DNA of 64,000 nt from Squalus acanthias (GCA_030390025.1 CM059432.1:64544001-64608000); one strand, 5' to 3'; positions 11,648 through 25,552 are shown, counted from the stretch's first letter. The notes: generated by a model from the sequence alone, not told the origin. A program made the numbers and translations.

Positions 11648-14522
11648 CATCAAGTCCCGCCACTCTGTTACATGGTGCATCTTCTATTTCAAGCACACCT
11701 ACCTGGTAATGACAGTAATGATATCTGTAAGGAGGTATGCAACAACAGAATGGCTCTATCCTGTGAGATTTGAAAGAGATTTCTTTATTTCAGTGTGGAT
11801 ATGGTATGTGACCAGAATCATGCAGAGAAATACCTATTACCCTGGAAGCTCTCACAATGCCTTCATTTTAAGGCTACCAATTGTGCTACCTTATTTGAAG
11901 GGGAATAAAGTGTGAATGAATGACTCCAAGGAGACCAAATCCACCCTACGCGGCCATTGCTCATGATACTCATGTGCCAATCACAGAATGAAGCAGAGTG
12001 CAGATGAAATGAAGTTAATGCTACAACCAGAATTGTTATCAAAAACATTATTGGCATCCTTACAGTAAAATCCCATCCTCAGGGTTTCCAGAATAATTGC
12101 TGTCTGCTACATAACTTTGCCCCAAAAAGAGGGCTCAGCATGCAATTCAATAATCAGGATGGCAACACGATGCCAGAGTAAGGGATTAAAAATGCTAGCG
12201 AGGAATTAGCAGCAGTTTTAGCATCGGCAAGTTGGGGCAACAAAAAGAAGAATAGTGCAGCAGGAACTAACTCCAGGTGCCACAGTGTCACAGCTGCTCC
12301 ATTGTTTAAAGGGAAAGATGCCAAGTAACGGATTCCAAACCACTTTGCCCATAATCAGCTCTGTCAAACATCACCTATTATTTATGTGGAGCTCCTGCTC
12401 TATTGTAGCTAATGACAGATAAATGCACAAGCGACAGAATGTCCAGACTATGGCTTCATGCGTGTTCTGTGCTTCTTCAAAACAAACCTGCTAAGTGTCT
12501 CAGCAGTCTATTTCTGAAACCTGTGCCTTGTGTGTGATTATAGGTCCCCATTAAGTCTAACAGAACATAATGACCTACAGTTATGCAAGTTGGTAATCCT
12601 GGTTTGTTAATTTGAGGTTGGGGCACTCGCGTCCAAGTCTTCCTTCATATATAAGTAATAACCTGTCAAATTAGTTGATATTCATTGCTTCGAATGAGCT
12701 AGAATTTCTGAGGGAATAGCAGTTCTTATGATTTGAAATTGAATAAAATTCGAGGTTGAAAATACCAATTCAGAGAAAAAATCCAGTAAAAAATATACAA
12801 AAGAATATAAATACCACTTCTCTGGCAATTTGTGGAGATCCCACTTGCAATCTGAATACCTATACTGTCAGCGTTCAGCAGTGGTGGTCAAAACTAAATA
12901 ATATTGATGCAACGTCTGGATTCCTTGAAGAGTTACTCAGCCATTGAGCAATGTCCCAATAAACTAGAGAGCAGTACTCAATGAAAATGACACTAAGCCT
13001 CACTTGTGCATCAATCATCATTCAGTTCTTCATGCCAAGGGGACATTCTGATTCAAAAAACTGCTTCCATGGAGACATTTCTAAATAAACTAATTGTTTG
13101 CCTTTTGCTAGGGAAGAGCTGTTTCTACTTTCAGTGTGCATAAAAAATACATTTGTTTTAAGCTGAGCTGTTTCAAATGAATTTGTTCATTGGAGCACAG
13201 AGTGAACTACTCTCTAGTGTCAGAAAAACTTACGATGTATTTTGTTTCTTAGCTATAAGCATTCAAGAATAACAGTGGTTAAAATTGTTTCATAATTTGT
13301 TAGAATTGCATATATTTGCCTCTTATATTAACCATACATCGACAATCAAAGAACGATCAGAATCTATTGGACCGATTGCTGGGTAAGATTGTAGGGCGGG
13401 GTTCACACGATAACTTATCAATGGCATATTAAAAGGTGTTAAAATTCTATGGAGTAATCCTCCAGGATATGGATGGAGAAACAGTTTTGGTGGAAAATGC
13501 AGCTGACATGTGATTGAACCAAATCTTCTGAAGAAATTACTAAACTGATGAATTTCAGTACTAGCCAGTTGTACCCAGATAAACATGTGGTGGATGACTA
13601 AACTTTTATCTTTCAACCTGACACAAAACAATCAAAGATTTTACTGGCCTCGAGGATTCCCATTACTTCTACTTTTCCTGTAACAATGTGGGGTTTTTAT
13701 CGAGCCATTTTCTCTGTCAACGAATGTATCACAGCTCCCATAAGTGGACCTTAGCACTAGAAGCTGTATTTCTATCAATAATCTGCACTAACTCGAATTG
13801 CATGACCGAAGGATAAACATTTACCCTATTTGCAGTAATTTGCTTAGTAGATATGTACTCATAATAGGGAGTGGTGTCCACAGGGAATGATACCCTCAGG
13901 GAGCGCATGCTGGGTATTTACAGATGTATGGTCCATGATTTTATTGAATGGAAAATTATGGACTGTATGCCAATGGTTTCCCAAATGCATTCCCAGTGAG
14001 TGACAATTCCAACTGTAAGTGAGGGATTGTGGAGCCAGTCAGTCACTTCAAAATGGTAGGTATTGAACCCAGAACAGACATACAGGCTAAGCCACCTCAG
14101 ATATTTATTTGCAGCTAAATAGAAGTATTGCAGTAGATTTTTGTCTTTCCCGCCTGGGTAGAGAGCAGAATGGAAAACCTGGTGGGGAAGTTAATAGAAT
14201 CATAGAATCATAGAATGGTTACAGCATGAAAGAAGGCAATTCGCCCCAGCGAGCCTGCGCCGACTCTTTGCAAGAGCACTTCAGCTAGTCCCACTCCCCT
14301 GCCCTATCCCCGTAGCCCTGAATTTTTTTTTCCTTCAGATACTTATCCAACTCCCTTTTGAAAGCTGTAATTGAATCTGCCTCCACCAACCTTTCAGGCA
14401 GTGCATTCCAGATCTTAACCACTCGCTGCGTAAAAAGTTTTTTCTTACGTCGCTTTTGGTTCTTTTGCCAATCACCTTAAATCTGTGTTCTCTGATTCTC
14501 GGCCCTTCTGCCAATGGGGACA

Positions 14523-16775
14523 CAGAAACATAGAAACATAGAAAAATAGGTGCAGGAGTAGGCCATTCGGTCCTTCGAGCCTGCTCCGCCATTCAATATG
14601 ATCATGGCTGATCCTTTATCTCAATACCATATTCCCGCTCTCTCCCCATACCCCTTGATGCCTTTTGTGTCCAGAAATCTATCTATCTCCTTCTTAAATA
14701 TATTAAGTGACTTGGCCTCCACAGCCTTCTGTGGTAGAGAATTCCACAGGTTCACCACCCTCTGAGTGAAGAAATTTCTCCTCATCTCAGTTCTAAATGT
14801 CCTACCCCTTATCATGAGACTGTGACCCCTTGTTCTAGACCCCCCAGCCAGGGGAAACATCCTCCCTGCATCCAATCTGTCTAGCCCTGTCAGAATTTTA
14901 TACATTTCAATGAGATCCCCTCTCATTCCTCTAAACTCTAGTGAATACAGGCCTAGTCGACCCAATCTCTCCTCATACGACAGTCCTGCCATCCAAGGAA
15001 TCAGTCTGGTGAACCTTCGCTGCACTTCCTCTATGGCAAGTATATCCTTTCTTAGGTAAGGAGACCAAAACTGCACACAGTACGCCAGGTGTGGTCTCAC
15101 CAAGGCCCTGTATAACTGTAGTAAGACATCCTTGCTCCTGTCCTCAAATCCCCTTGCAATGAAGGCCAACATACCATTTGCCTTCCTAACTGCTTGCTGC
15201 ACCTGCATGTTTGCTTTCAGTGACTGGTGTACAAGGACACCCAAGTCCCTCTGTACATCAACATTTCCCAATCTATCACCATTTAAATAATACTCTGCCT
15301 TTCTGTTTTTCCTACCAAAGTGGATAACTTCACATTTATCCACGTTATACTGCATCTGCCATGTATTGGTCCATTTACTCAACTTGTCTAAATCGCCTTG
15401 AAGCCTCTTTGCATCCTCCTCACAACTCACAATCCCACCTAGTTTCGTGTCGTCAGCAAACTTGGAAATATTACATTTGGTTCCCTCATCCAAATCATTG
15501 ATATATATTGTGAATAACTGGGGCCCAAGCACTGATCCCTGCGGTACCCCATTAGTCACCGCCTGCCACCCGAAAAAGACCCATTTATTCCTACTCTCTA
15601 TTTCCTGTCTGTTAACCAATTTTCAATCCATGCCAGTATATTACCCCCAATCCCATGTGCTTTAATTTTGCATACTATCCTCTTATGTGGGACTTTATCA
15701 AAGGCCTTCTGAAAATCCAAATACACCACATCCACTGGTTCTCCCTTATCTATTCTACCAGTTACATCCTCAAAAAACTCCAGTAGGTTTGTCAAACACG
15801 ATTTCCCTTTCATAAATCCATGTTGACTTTGTCTAATCCCGTTGATATTTTCTAAGTGTCCTGTTATCACATCCTTTATAATAGACTCTAGCATTTTCCC
15901 TACTACTGATGTAAGGCTAACTGGTCTGTAGTTCCCTGTTTTCTCTCTCCCTCCTTTTTTAAATAGTGGGGTTACATCTGTCACCCTCCAATCTGCAGGA
16001 ACTATTCCATAATCTATAGAATTTTGGAAGATGACAACCAATGCATCCACTATTTCCATGGCTACCTCTTTTAGTACTCTGGGATGCAGATTATCAGGCC
16101 CTGGGGATTTACCGGCTTTCAGTCCCATTAATTTCTCCAGCAATATTTGTTTGCTAATACTAATTTCCTTTAATTCCTCCTTCTCACTGGACCCTTGGTT
16201 CCCTAGCATTTCTGGGAAGTTATTTGTGTCCTCTTCCGTGAAGACAGAACCAAAGTATTTGTTTAATTGCTCTGCCATTTTCTTGTTCCCCATTATAAAT
16301 TCTCCTGTTTCTGACTGTAAGGGACTTACATTTGTTTTCACTAATCTTTTTCTTTTTACATACTTATAGAAGCTTTCACAGTCTGCTTTTATGTTCCTTG
16401 CAAGTTTATTCTCATACTCTATTTTCCCCTTTTAATCAATCTCTTGGTCCTTTTTTGCTGAACTCTAAACTGCTCCCAATCCTCAGGCTTGCTACTTTTT
16501 CTGGCAACTTTATATGACTCCTCTTTGGATCTAATACTATCCTTAATTTCTTTTGTTAGCCATGGTTGGGCTGCCTTTCCTTTTGTGTTTTTGCACCAGA
16601 AAGGAATGTATAACTGTTGCAATTCATGTATTCGTTCTTTAAATGTTAGCCATTGCCTATCCACCGTCATGCCTTTTAATGAAGCTCCCCAATCTATCAT
16701 AGCCAACTCACTCCTCATACCTTCGTAGTTTCCTTTGTTTAGAGTTTGGACCCTAGTTTCAGATTGAACTTCTTC
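14523..16775 (-). mobile_element. CR1 LINE B, 5'-truncated, nested in CR1 A
   Basis: (ACATAGAA)n tail at the left end. RT ORFs are well preserved, and CR1 A sequence resumes on the other side. Confidence 0.9.
14621..16770 (-). pseudogene. CR1 ORF2 reverse transcriptase, frameshifted
   Basis: Motifs NYRPVSLTSVVGK, LDFQKAFDKVPH, GVPQGSVLGP, FADD across ORFs 16419-16718, 15598-16341 and 14621-15619. Confidence 0.92.
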
Positions 16776-16789
16776 ACCTTCCCTCTATC

Positions 16790-18330
16790 TACTCTGTCCA
16801 GACCCCTCATGATTTTGAACACCTCTATCAAATTTCCTCTCAATCTTCTCTGCTCCAAGAGAACAACCCCAGCTTCTCCAGTCTATCAATGTTACTGAAG
16901 TCCCTCATTCCTGGAATCATTCTCACAAATCTTTTCTGCACCCTCTCTAAGGCCTTCACATCCTTCCTAAAGTGTGGTGCCCAGAATTGGACACAGTTCT
17001 CCAGTTGGGGCCGAACCAGTGTTTTATAAAGGTTCATCATAATTTCCACAATTTTGTACTCATACCTCTATTTATGAAGCCCAGGATCCCTTAAGCCTTT
17101 TTAACTGCTTTCTCAACCTGCCCTGCCACCTTCAATGATTTGTGCACAAATACCCCCAGATCTCTCTGTTCGTGCACCCCCTTCAGGATTGTACCATTTA
17201 GTTTATATGTCCTCTCATTCTTTCTACCAAAATATATCACTTCACACTTTTCTGTGTTAAATTTAATCTGCCACGTGTCCGCCCATTTCACCAGCCTGTC
17301 TATGTCTTCCTGAAGTCTATCACTCTCTTCCTCACTGTTCATTATACTTCCAAGTTTTGTGTCATCTGCAAATTTTGAAATTGTGCCCTGTATACCTAAG
17401 TCCAAGTCATTAATATATATCAAGAAAAGCAGTGGTCCTAGTACCGACCCCTGGGGAACACCACTGTATACCTTCCTCCAGTCTCAAAAACCGTTCACCA
17501 CTAATCTCTGTTTCCTATCACTTAGCCAATTCCGTATCCATGCTGCCACTGTTACTTTTATTCCATGGGCTTCAACTTTGCTGTCAAGCCTATTATGTGG
17601 CACTTTGTGAAACACCTTTAGGAAATCCATGTACACCACATCAACCTCATCAACCCTCTCTGTTACCTCATGAAAGAACTCAATCAAGTTGGTTCAACAT
17701 GATTTGCCTTTGACAAATCCATGCTGGCTTTCCTTAATTAATCCACACTTGTCCAAGTGACTGTTAATTTTGTCCCTAATTACTGTTTCTAAAAGCTTCC
17801 CCACTACCGAGGTCAAACTGACTGGCCTGTAGTTGCTGGGTTTATCTTTACACCCTTTTTGGAACAATGGTGTAACATTTGAAATTCTCCAATCCTCTGG
17901 CACCATCCCCGTATCTAAGGAGGATTGGAATATTATGGCCAGTATCTCCATGATTTTCTCCCTCAATTCCTTCAGCATCCTAGGATGCATCCCATCTGAT
18001 CCTGGTGACTTAACTACTTTAAGTACAGCCAGCCTTTCTAATACCTCCTCTTTTTCAATTTTTATCCTATCAAGTATCTCCACTACCTCCTCCTTTATTA
18101 TGTCGATGACAGCATCCTCTTCCTTGGTGAAGACAGAGGCAAAGTACTCATTTAGTACCTCAACCAGACCCTGTGCCTCCATGCATAGGTCTCCTTTTTG
18201 GTCCCTAATCGGCCCCACCCCTCCTCTTACTACCCTTTAACTATTTATATGCCTATAGAAGACTTTTGGATTACCTTTCATGTTGGCTGCCATTCTATTC
18301 TCATACCCTCTCTTTTCCCCTTTTATTTTC
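16790..18330 (-). pseudogene. CR1 A ORF2 reverse transcriptase fragments
   Basis: NYRPVSLTSVVGK, SQHGFVKGKSC, SKFADDTKLG, LYKTLVRPQLE in several broken frames. Confidence 0.9.
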
Positions 18331-19146
18331 TTTTGCCCCAGGAATCTAAAGCCCTCCCTCCTGCACCATCTCTTCAGCCATGCATTCATCTGCGCTATCC
18401 TCCTATTGCTATACTCACTAGCATGTGGCACTGGGAGTAATGCAGAGATTACTACCTTTGAGGCTATGCTTTTTAATCTCTTTGCTAGCTCCCTGAAATC
18501 TGCCTGCAGGACCTCATCCCTCTTACTACCTATGTAGTTGGCACCGATATGGACCATGACCTCTGGCTGTTCACCCTCCCGCCTCAGAATATTCTGCTGC
18601 TGCTCGGTGACACCCTTGACCCTGGCACCAGGGAGGCAACATACCATCCTGGAGTCAAGTCTGCGGCCGCAGAAACTCCTGTCTTCTCCCTTAACAATCT
18701 AGTCCCTTACCAGTATTGCTTTCCCACTCTTCTTCCTACCCCCCTGTACAGCTGATCCACCCGTGGTGCTGTAGACTTGGCTCTGGCTATAATCCCCAGA
18801 GGAACCATCATCCTCACCAGTACTCAGAACTGAATACTGGTTGGAGAGCGAGATGCACTCAGGGGACTCCTGCACTACCTGCCTGGTCCTCCTCTTCTGT
18901 CTGGTGGTCACCCATTCCCTTTCTGCCTGCACATTCTTTATCTGAAACGTGCTATCCACAAAGCTCTCAGCCTTACGGATGCACCGCAGTAACGCCAGCT
19001 GCTGCTCAAGCTCTAAAACCCGGAGCTCGAGCTCCTCCAGCTGATGACACTTACTGCACATGTGGTTGTCCAGGACACAGGAAGCGTCCTGGAGTCCCCA
19101 CATGGCACAGGATGTGCATTCCACAGGACTGAGCTGCCCTGCCATG
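18330..19146 (-). pseudogene. CR1 ORF1 (Cys-rich zinc finger, leucine zipper, SGNH esterase-like domain)
   Basis: MAGQLSPVECTSCAMW...CSKCHQLEELELRVLELEQQL, then VCCLPGARV...VMVHIGAN. Joined directly to mid-ORF2, so the endonuclease is deleted. Confidence 0.85.
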
Positions 19147-19269
19147 CCTTTACGTAATAGACTATTAACTAGAAATACATACCAGCTACTCACCAATCAG
19201 CGCCTTCTCTGGTTGTGATGTCACTTTAGCTGTTTTGCAGTTGTTGCTTTTGTTGTTGTTTTTGCTGGA

Positions 19270-19620
19270 GGTTCTCCGCCTCCTCGCTGCCACCACTGCT
19301 CCAGTCTGCGCTCTCTCTGGGCCTCCCGCTCAATTTATCCTCTGTCTCCTCGCTGCTGCTGTTGCTCCGGTCTACGCTCTCTCTGGGCCTCCCGCTCGGT
19401 TTATACTCCGCCTCCTCGCTGCCGCCGTTGCTCCGGTCTGCGCTCTCTCTGGGCCTCCCGCTCAATTTATCCTCTGTCTCCTCGCTGCTGCTGTTGCTCC
19501 GGTCTACGTTCTCTCAGATCCTCCCACTCGATTTATAGTCCGCCTCCTCACTGCCGCCACTGCTCCGGTCTGCACTCTCTCAGGGCCTCCTGCTCGGTTT
19601 ATCCTCCACCTCCTGCTGTC
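19270..19620. repeat. 66-bp tandem repeat, ~5 copies, upstream of CR1 ORF1
   Basis: CGCTCTCTCTGGGCCTCCCGCTC recurs at 19309, 19375 and 19441, with further diverged units after that. Confidence 0.9.
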
Positions 19621-19929
19621 CTGTGACATCACTCCTTGTTTTTTTTAAGCCACTGCCTCCGCTGCCGCCGGTCCCGCTCAGGTCCACGCACATCCCTAAC
19701 AGAGCCCATCGGATTTTCCTGCTATTAATTTTAATGAAAGGAAAATCATTTGGGTTCTGTTACCAGCCTGAAAAACACACCATCAGACTTTCCTGTCTGC
19801 GCTTCGCCCAGACAATGCTCAGGAATGGTTGGTATCTTTAGAAAAGTTTGAGAATTACCGCCAGGCGCTAATGCTTTAGACTGCATACAAAATTCATTCT
19901 CACTGCTCAAAGAAATGACTGGGGCACTA

Positions 19930-20156
19930 AATCAAGTGTTTTAGTGGTGTTGTTTGAAGGATAAATGCAGCCCTGCTGTTCCGTAACTAGTGCCATGGGA
20001 TCCTTTACATCCACCTGAGAAGGCAGAAAGGGCCTTGGCTTAATGTCTCATTTGAAAGACGGCATCTTTGACAGTGCGGCACCACCTCAATACTGCACGG
20101 AAGTATCAGCCTAGATTATGTGCCTTCTGACTCAGAGGTGCAAGCGCTACCATTGC
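19930..20156 (-). mobile_element. DeuSINE (SacSINE1-like) fragment
   Basis: Reverse complement reads GCACATAATCTAGGCTGATACTTCCGTGCAGTATTGAGG...GATGCCGTCTTTCAAATGAGACATTAAGCC, which resembles the Deu-domain SINE body as I recall it. Confidence 0.7.
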
Positions 20157-21759
20157 AATTAGAAACAGAACAAAGAAATTTAAGATTTGTAACCTATACA
20201 TAAGACTAACTTACATGAGTAGGATGGGGGAAGAAGTAGTGGTGTTATGCTGATGTCATAAGTACACTGATTTCCAGGACAGTTTTGCTGCATTGCAGTA
20301 CATCATAGAGCAGCAGGCAGTTGTAGGGATATCTGTAACAGCAACATCCATTCCAGAAACCTTAAAAGCTGTCAGAGCTTCTCACACAGATGGCAGATAG
20401 CAGCCATAGATCCCAAGAGATTGGAAGGGACTACCTCTTCTGGCCTTGACAAGATTGGTAATGGATTGCAGAGAACCCTGAGAGAGAGCTTCACTGTTCT
20501 TATTGGGAGCATTAGCTCTGCTGTCACGTAGATAAATGGCCCTGGTGAGAAAGTGCCCAGTAGCAGCAGCAGCATGGTCAGAATGGGAACAGATGATGTT
20601 TCTGGCTCTCAGTGCATCAGCACCTTTTTGCCAATCTCCTACAACACCTGTATATGTGGCAGAAAGCACGCAGGGCCAGGCTATGAAGTGTTGCAGCTTT
20701 CAGCAGGTCGATCTCAGGACTTAGCTGCCAGGAAACTAGGGCCTCCTCAATCTTATGAGGTTGCTATTGGCATGCAGCTGCCAGTCACTCCTGGGGCCTG
20801 GCTTGATGTCACTTGATACATTCAGAGAAAGAGAAAATGAAGAGAGATTACTATGTTGTTCTGATGAGTAACTTTCACATGTTGCTTTCGGGAGAAGGAG
20901 TAACGCAATAAGCAGCTTCAGTATATGCTTTACTGTCAGTTAGTAAATTAGAGAATTGGGCGAGAAGGTAGAGTGACAGAGGTTGCTAACAATGCCGAAC
21001 TGGCAGCTGCCCTCCTGATTCTCCCTCTCTGGTAACTGCTGTGGCCTTTTTCTCCAAGCATTTCAAGGGATTCTTCCTCATGTGGGGTTAGTGCTCTAAT
21101 GTTTGGGGGTCTGCCACCTGTTATTGATCTCTCATGGTTATTTTGGGCTGTTTTCGCCTACAATGAAAGTTAAAAGCAGGTGAGACATTCCAATTCAATT
21201 GCAAAATTCCAATTGTTATGGTAATACTCAAGTGTCAGCATGCAGCCCACAGTGGGTTTGATGACATGTACATGCAACTGTCATTGGGAGGATTATTTTG
21301 GGTTGAATGCTTATAAGAATGTGGCATAAGAACACTTCCTAGTGAAGTCTTAGGGCGTAAAAGGCATGCCACTGCCTCATGGTCACTCACGGTAAGCTTT
21401 GAAAGTACTTTAAAACAATATGAGGGGGTGGTAATTGTCTGTATGGCACATGTTTTGTGCACCATATTAATGTCATGTCACAGTACGTTCTCCTTTCTTC
21501 CTTGATCTGGTAAGGTAATTGAACATTATCCTACATTGCTTCCATGTGTGCTATGCTGTGGAGGAGATATTAACACTAGACATAGTCCCATTCATATTAT
21601 GCTGCTTTCCTTGGGGCCTCCAGTGGTCATTACTGAAGAAGCACCCTACCCTAAGCATCATTTCATAAATAATCTTTATGACCCCATATCAGAACTGGGC
21701 CGCTCTGCTGGCTCCAGGTATTTTTTCACCAGAAATTTCCTCATTACATAAACATCTCT

Positions 21760-23578
21760 ACAACAACAACAACAACTTGTATTTATGTAGCACCTTTAAC
21801 GTAGTAAAACGTCCCAAGGCGCTGCACAGGAGTATTATAAGACAAAAAATTGACACCGATCCACATAAGGATAAATTAGGGCAGGTGACCAAAAGCTTGG
21901 TCAAAGTGGTAGGTTTTAAGGAGCGTCTTAAAGGAGGAAAGAGAGGTAGAGAGGCGGAGAGGTTTAGCAGGGAATTCCAGAGCATAGGGCCTAGGCAACA
22001 GAAGGCACGGCCACCAATGGTTGAGCGACTATAATCAGGGATCCTCAAGAGGGCAGATTTAGAGGAGCGCAGATATCTCGGGGAGTTGTGGGGCTGAATG
22101 AGATTACAGAGCTAGGAAGGGGCGAGGCATGGAGGGATTTGAGAACAAGGATGAGAATTTTGAAATCGAGGCATTGCTTAACCAGGAGCCAATGTAGGTC
22201 AGCGAGTACAGGGGTGATGGGCGAACGGGACTTGGTGTGAGTTAGGACATGGGCAGCTGAGTTTTGGATGACCTCAAGTTTATGTAGGGTGGAATGTGGG
22301 AGGCCAGCCAGGAGTGCGTTGGAATAGCCAAGTCTAGAGGTAACAAAGGCATGGATGAGGGTTTCAGCAGCAGATGAGGTGGGGCAAGTGCGGAGATGGG
22401 CGATGTCACGGAGGTGGAAGTAGGCGGTCTTTGTTATGCTGCGGATATGTTGTCGGAAGCTCATTTCAGGGTCAAATATGACACCAAGGTTGCGAACAGT
22501 GTGGTTCAGCCTCAGACAGCTGTTCGGGAGAGGGATGGAGTCAATGGCTAGGGAACGGAGTTTGTAGTGGGGACTGAAAACAATGGCTTTGGTTTTCCCA
22601 ATATTTAATTGGAGAAAATTTTTGCTCATCCAGAACTGTATGTCGGACAAGCAGTCTGACAATTTAGACACTGTGGAGGGGTCGAGAGAAGAAGTAGTGA
22701 GGTAGAGCTGGGTGTCATCAGTGTACATGTGGAAACTGATGCTGTGTTTTCAGATGATGTCGCCAAGGGGCAACATGTAGATGAGAAATAGGAGGGGGCC
22801 AAGGATAGATCCTTGAGGGACACCAGAGGTAACGATGCGGGAGTGGGAACAGAAGCCGTTGCAGGTGATTCTCTCGTTATGATTAGATAGATACGAATGG
22901 AACCAGGCGAGTGCGGTCCCACCCAGCTGGACGACAGTGGAGAGATGTTGGAGAAGGATGGAGTGGTCAACCGTGTCAAAGGCTGCAGACAAGTCAAGAA
23001 GGACGAGGAGGGATAGTTTACCTTTGTCACAGTCACAAAGGATGTAATTTGTGACTTTGATGAGAGCCGTTTCGGTACTGTGGCAAGGGCGGAAACCTGA
23101 TTGGAGGGATTCAAACATGGAATTGCGGGAAAAATGGGCACGGATTTGGGAGGCAACAACACGTTCACGGACTTTGGAGAGGAAAGGGAGGTTGGAGATG
23201 GGGCGGTAGTTTGCAAGGACGGAGGGATCAAGGTTTGTTTTTTGAGGAGAGGGGTGATGACGGCAGATTTGAGGGAGAGGGGGACAGTACCTGAGGAGAG
23301 AGAGAACCGTTAACAATGTCAGCTAACATGGGAGCCAGGAAAGGAAGTTGGGTGGTCAACAGTTTGGTGGGAATAGGGTCGAGGGAGCAGGAGGTGGATC
23401 CCATAGACAAGATTAGCGCAGAGAGGTCATGAGGGGAGATCGGAGAGAAATTGGAGAAAGATGTGAGTTCAGGGCTAGGGCAGGGAGGAACCTTAGAGGA
23501 AGTTTGGCCCAGTGGGCTAGGGGAAGGAAGGGAAGTGGCAGAGGCAGCTGAACGGATGGTCTCAATCTTAGAGACAAA
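21760..23578 (-). mobile_element. L2 LINE, 5'-truncated, RT pseudogene
   Basis: NYRPISNLPFLSK, LLDLSAAFDTVDH, GVPQGSILGPLLF, YTDDTQLY. The L2-type 3' end ...GGTGCTACATAAATACAAG is followed by (TTG)n. Confidence 0.92.
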
Positions 23579-25321
23579 GGGCAGGTTTTTGTCATTGGGG
23601 GCGGGCTGGGGGCGTGTCAGGTGGTCGGCGTCTCAGGACCCCACCTCCGATGTGAGGCGGGACAAAAGTGTGATTTTGCCCTAATTCCAGCATGTGGGAA
23701 CCCCTTGCCCAATGAGTCTTTTGATACTGAAACTCGCCTCCGATGACGTCATCTATGCAGCTGGATTTAAGGCCTGCAAGCAGCCTTGGTTCTTTTTCAG
23801 CCTTACAACATACTTCTGAGGGATTCCTATTGCTACTATGTCCAGCACCAGACTAAAGTGTGCACCCAGATTTGATGAGGCCTCCCTCCAAGCTCTGGTA
23901 GAGGGAGCAAGAGCAAACAAGGAAGTGCTCTTTCCTTCCTCAGGGAGGAAAAAGCCTCCACAACAGACCAAAGCTGTGTGGCTGCAAGTGGCACAGGAGG
24001 TAAGTGCCATTTCAAAGTGCAGCAGAACCTGGCTGCAGTGCAGAAAGAAGTTTCATGACCTTCTCCACACAGGAAAAGTGAGTATTCCATCCCCATGACC
24101 CTCAATCTGATCCCCATCGCCTCTCCTCACCAGCACTCTGCTTTGTCAACCTCCTCCTCCACATCCCACTTCAACCTTACATCCCTGCACCCTTACCCAT
24201 TTCCTCTCCCTCTATGGTCACATTCACTTAACTATTCGACTATGCAGCCCTCGCACTCCCTATCACTGTGATGCTATGACAACAACTTACAACACACAAG
24301 GAGGGGCCTTAGTCTTGGCACCTCACTCCATTTTTGTGTCCTTCTAAGCATCCATGCTATGGATTCTCTACACTCACTCCTTCATTCTCACTCAAACTCC
24401 ACTTGTGTCCATCATTGCAGGAAAAGAGAGCCCACAATAAGAGGGAGAGGACGAGGACAGGAGGAGGGCCACCCTCAATAGCCCAGTTCACCACTGCGGA
24501 GGAGGTGGCCCTGGAGATCGTGGGAGTGGAGGAGGATGCGCAAGGAGATGGACAGATGGGCGCAACAGAGCAAGCTGGTGACAGAATAGTTTTTCATCTC
24601 TCTCATTGACATTGCATGAGTGACTGATATTGATGCTCTAACAGATTGACTTATTATCATCTGCATATTTCAATGTGCATACAACGTTTATCTCACATGT
24701 CTAACTCTTTCCTTTACTCCCCAACAGGACCAGCGACAGCCCCCCTCCCCACTGTCCAAGAGGAAAGGAAATAAATGGTTCCCATGCTTCTGGTATATAC
24801 CTCAGTTGAGGAAGAGCTCAGTCAAGGTGGGGAGAGGGATTTCCCAGGAGGTCACACTGGAGATGGGTCTCAGGCTCCAAACTTCCACAACAATGAGTAG
24901 GCCTGCTAAAAGTTCCCCCAGACCTGAGACAACAAAGTTCTGCCACCTGCAAATGATGATTGCTGAAAACTCCTTTTTAATGGAGCTGCAGCTGTCAGTA
25001 AGCAATTCACTTGTGAGGCCACCAGGATTAACTGGCGTGTTCCAGAGGAGACGTGCAGCACAGGGGAAAAGTGTTAAATTCAGAAAGGCCTCTCAAAATT
25101 GGATTATAGAGGCACTTAACAGGTAGTTAAGGGCCTTAAGGGCCTATCCCTTAAGGCCAGGCCTCTTGGAGGTGGGATGGAAACGGGGTCTGAAACTCTG
25201 ATCTGGGAAAATTGCTCGGAGGCGGGCCGGAGGCGGGATCGGAGCTGCCCGCCATTTTTTGCGATTTTAACACCTCACACGCCTCCAATCCCACCTCCTC
25301 GGGCCTGGCAAAATCAAGCCC
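23579..25321 (+). mobile_element. Harbinger, internally deleted (keeps Myb/SANT exons 1-2, lost transposase)
   Basis: TIRs GGGCAGGTTTT ... AAAATCAAGCCC with AAA on both flanks. Myb exon 1 at 23838-24077 (APRFDEASLQALVEG...WLQCRKKFHDL). Confidence 0.85.
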
Positions 25322-25519
25322 AAAGAATCTCAAGGCCTACCATTTTAGGCTGCTGCCAACTTTAAAACCTGTAGCTGCCAATGATTTTTTTTGCCTCGAA
25401 CAGAGGTGCTCATCTGACAAATTTAAGTTATGATGCGGAGATGCCGGTGTTGGACTGGGGTGAACAAAAATGAGAAGTCGCACAACACCAGGTTATAGTC
25501 CAACAGTTTTATTTAAAAT

Positions 25520-25552
25520 TACGAGCTTTCGGAGCTGTTGCCCCTTCGTCAG
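25520..25552 (-). ncRNA. Minimal hammerhead ribozyme core in pLTR
   Basis: Minus strand reads CUGACGA-A-GGGGC-AACA-GCUCC-GAAAGCUCGUA. The partner copy at 27372-27404 has GAAG in place of GAAA. Confidence 0.7.

Larger units (their letters stand above)
14195..19650 (-). mobile_element. CR1 LINE A (5'UTR repeats, ORF1, internally deleted ORF2, 3' tail), interrupted by CR1 B
   Basis: ORF1 pieces at 18330-19146, RT pieces at 16780-18330, 3' end at 14195-14522 with (ATAGAATC)n tail on the + strand. Confidence 0.85.

Noticed and set aside
13323..13631. Possible host exon (102-aa ORF in unique AT-rich DNA)
   Set aside because: No recognisable protein motif and no supporting neighbouring exons; cannot be supported without a search.
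19270..19620. CRISPR-like array
   Set aside because: Contiguous tandem units with no unique spacers, in a eukaryotic context with no cas genes.
20370..20850. Coding-like GC-richer stretch with several short ORFs
   Set aside because: Possibly a very old transposon exon remnant, but no diagnostic motif is visible.
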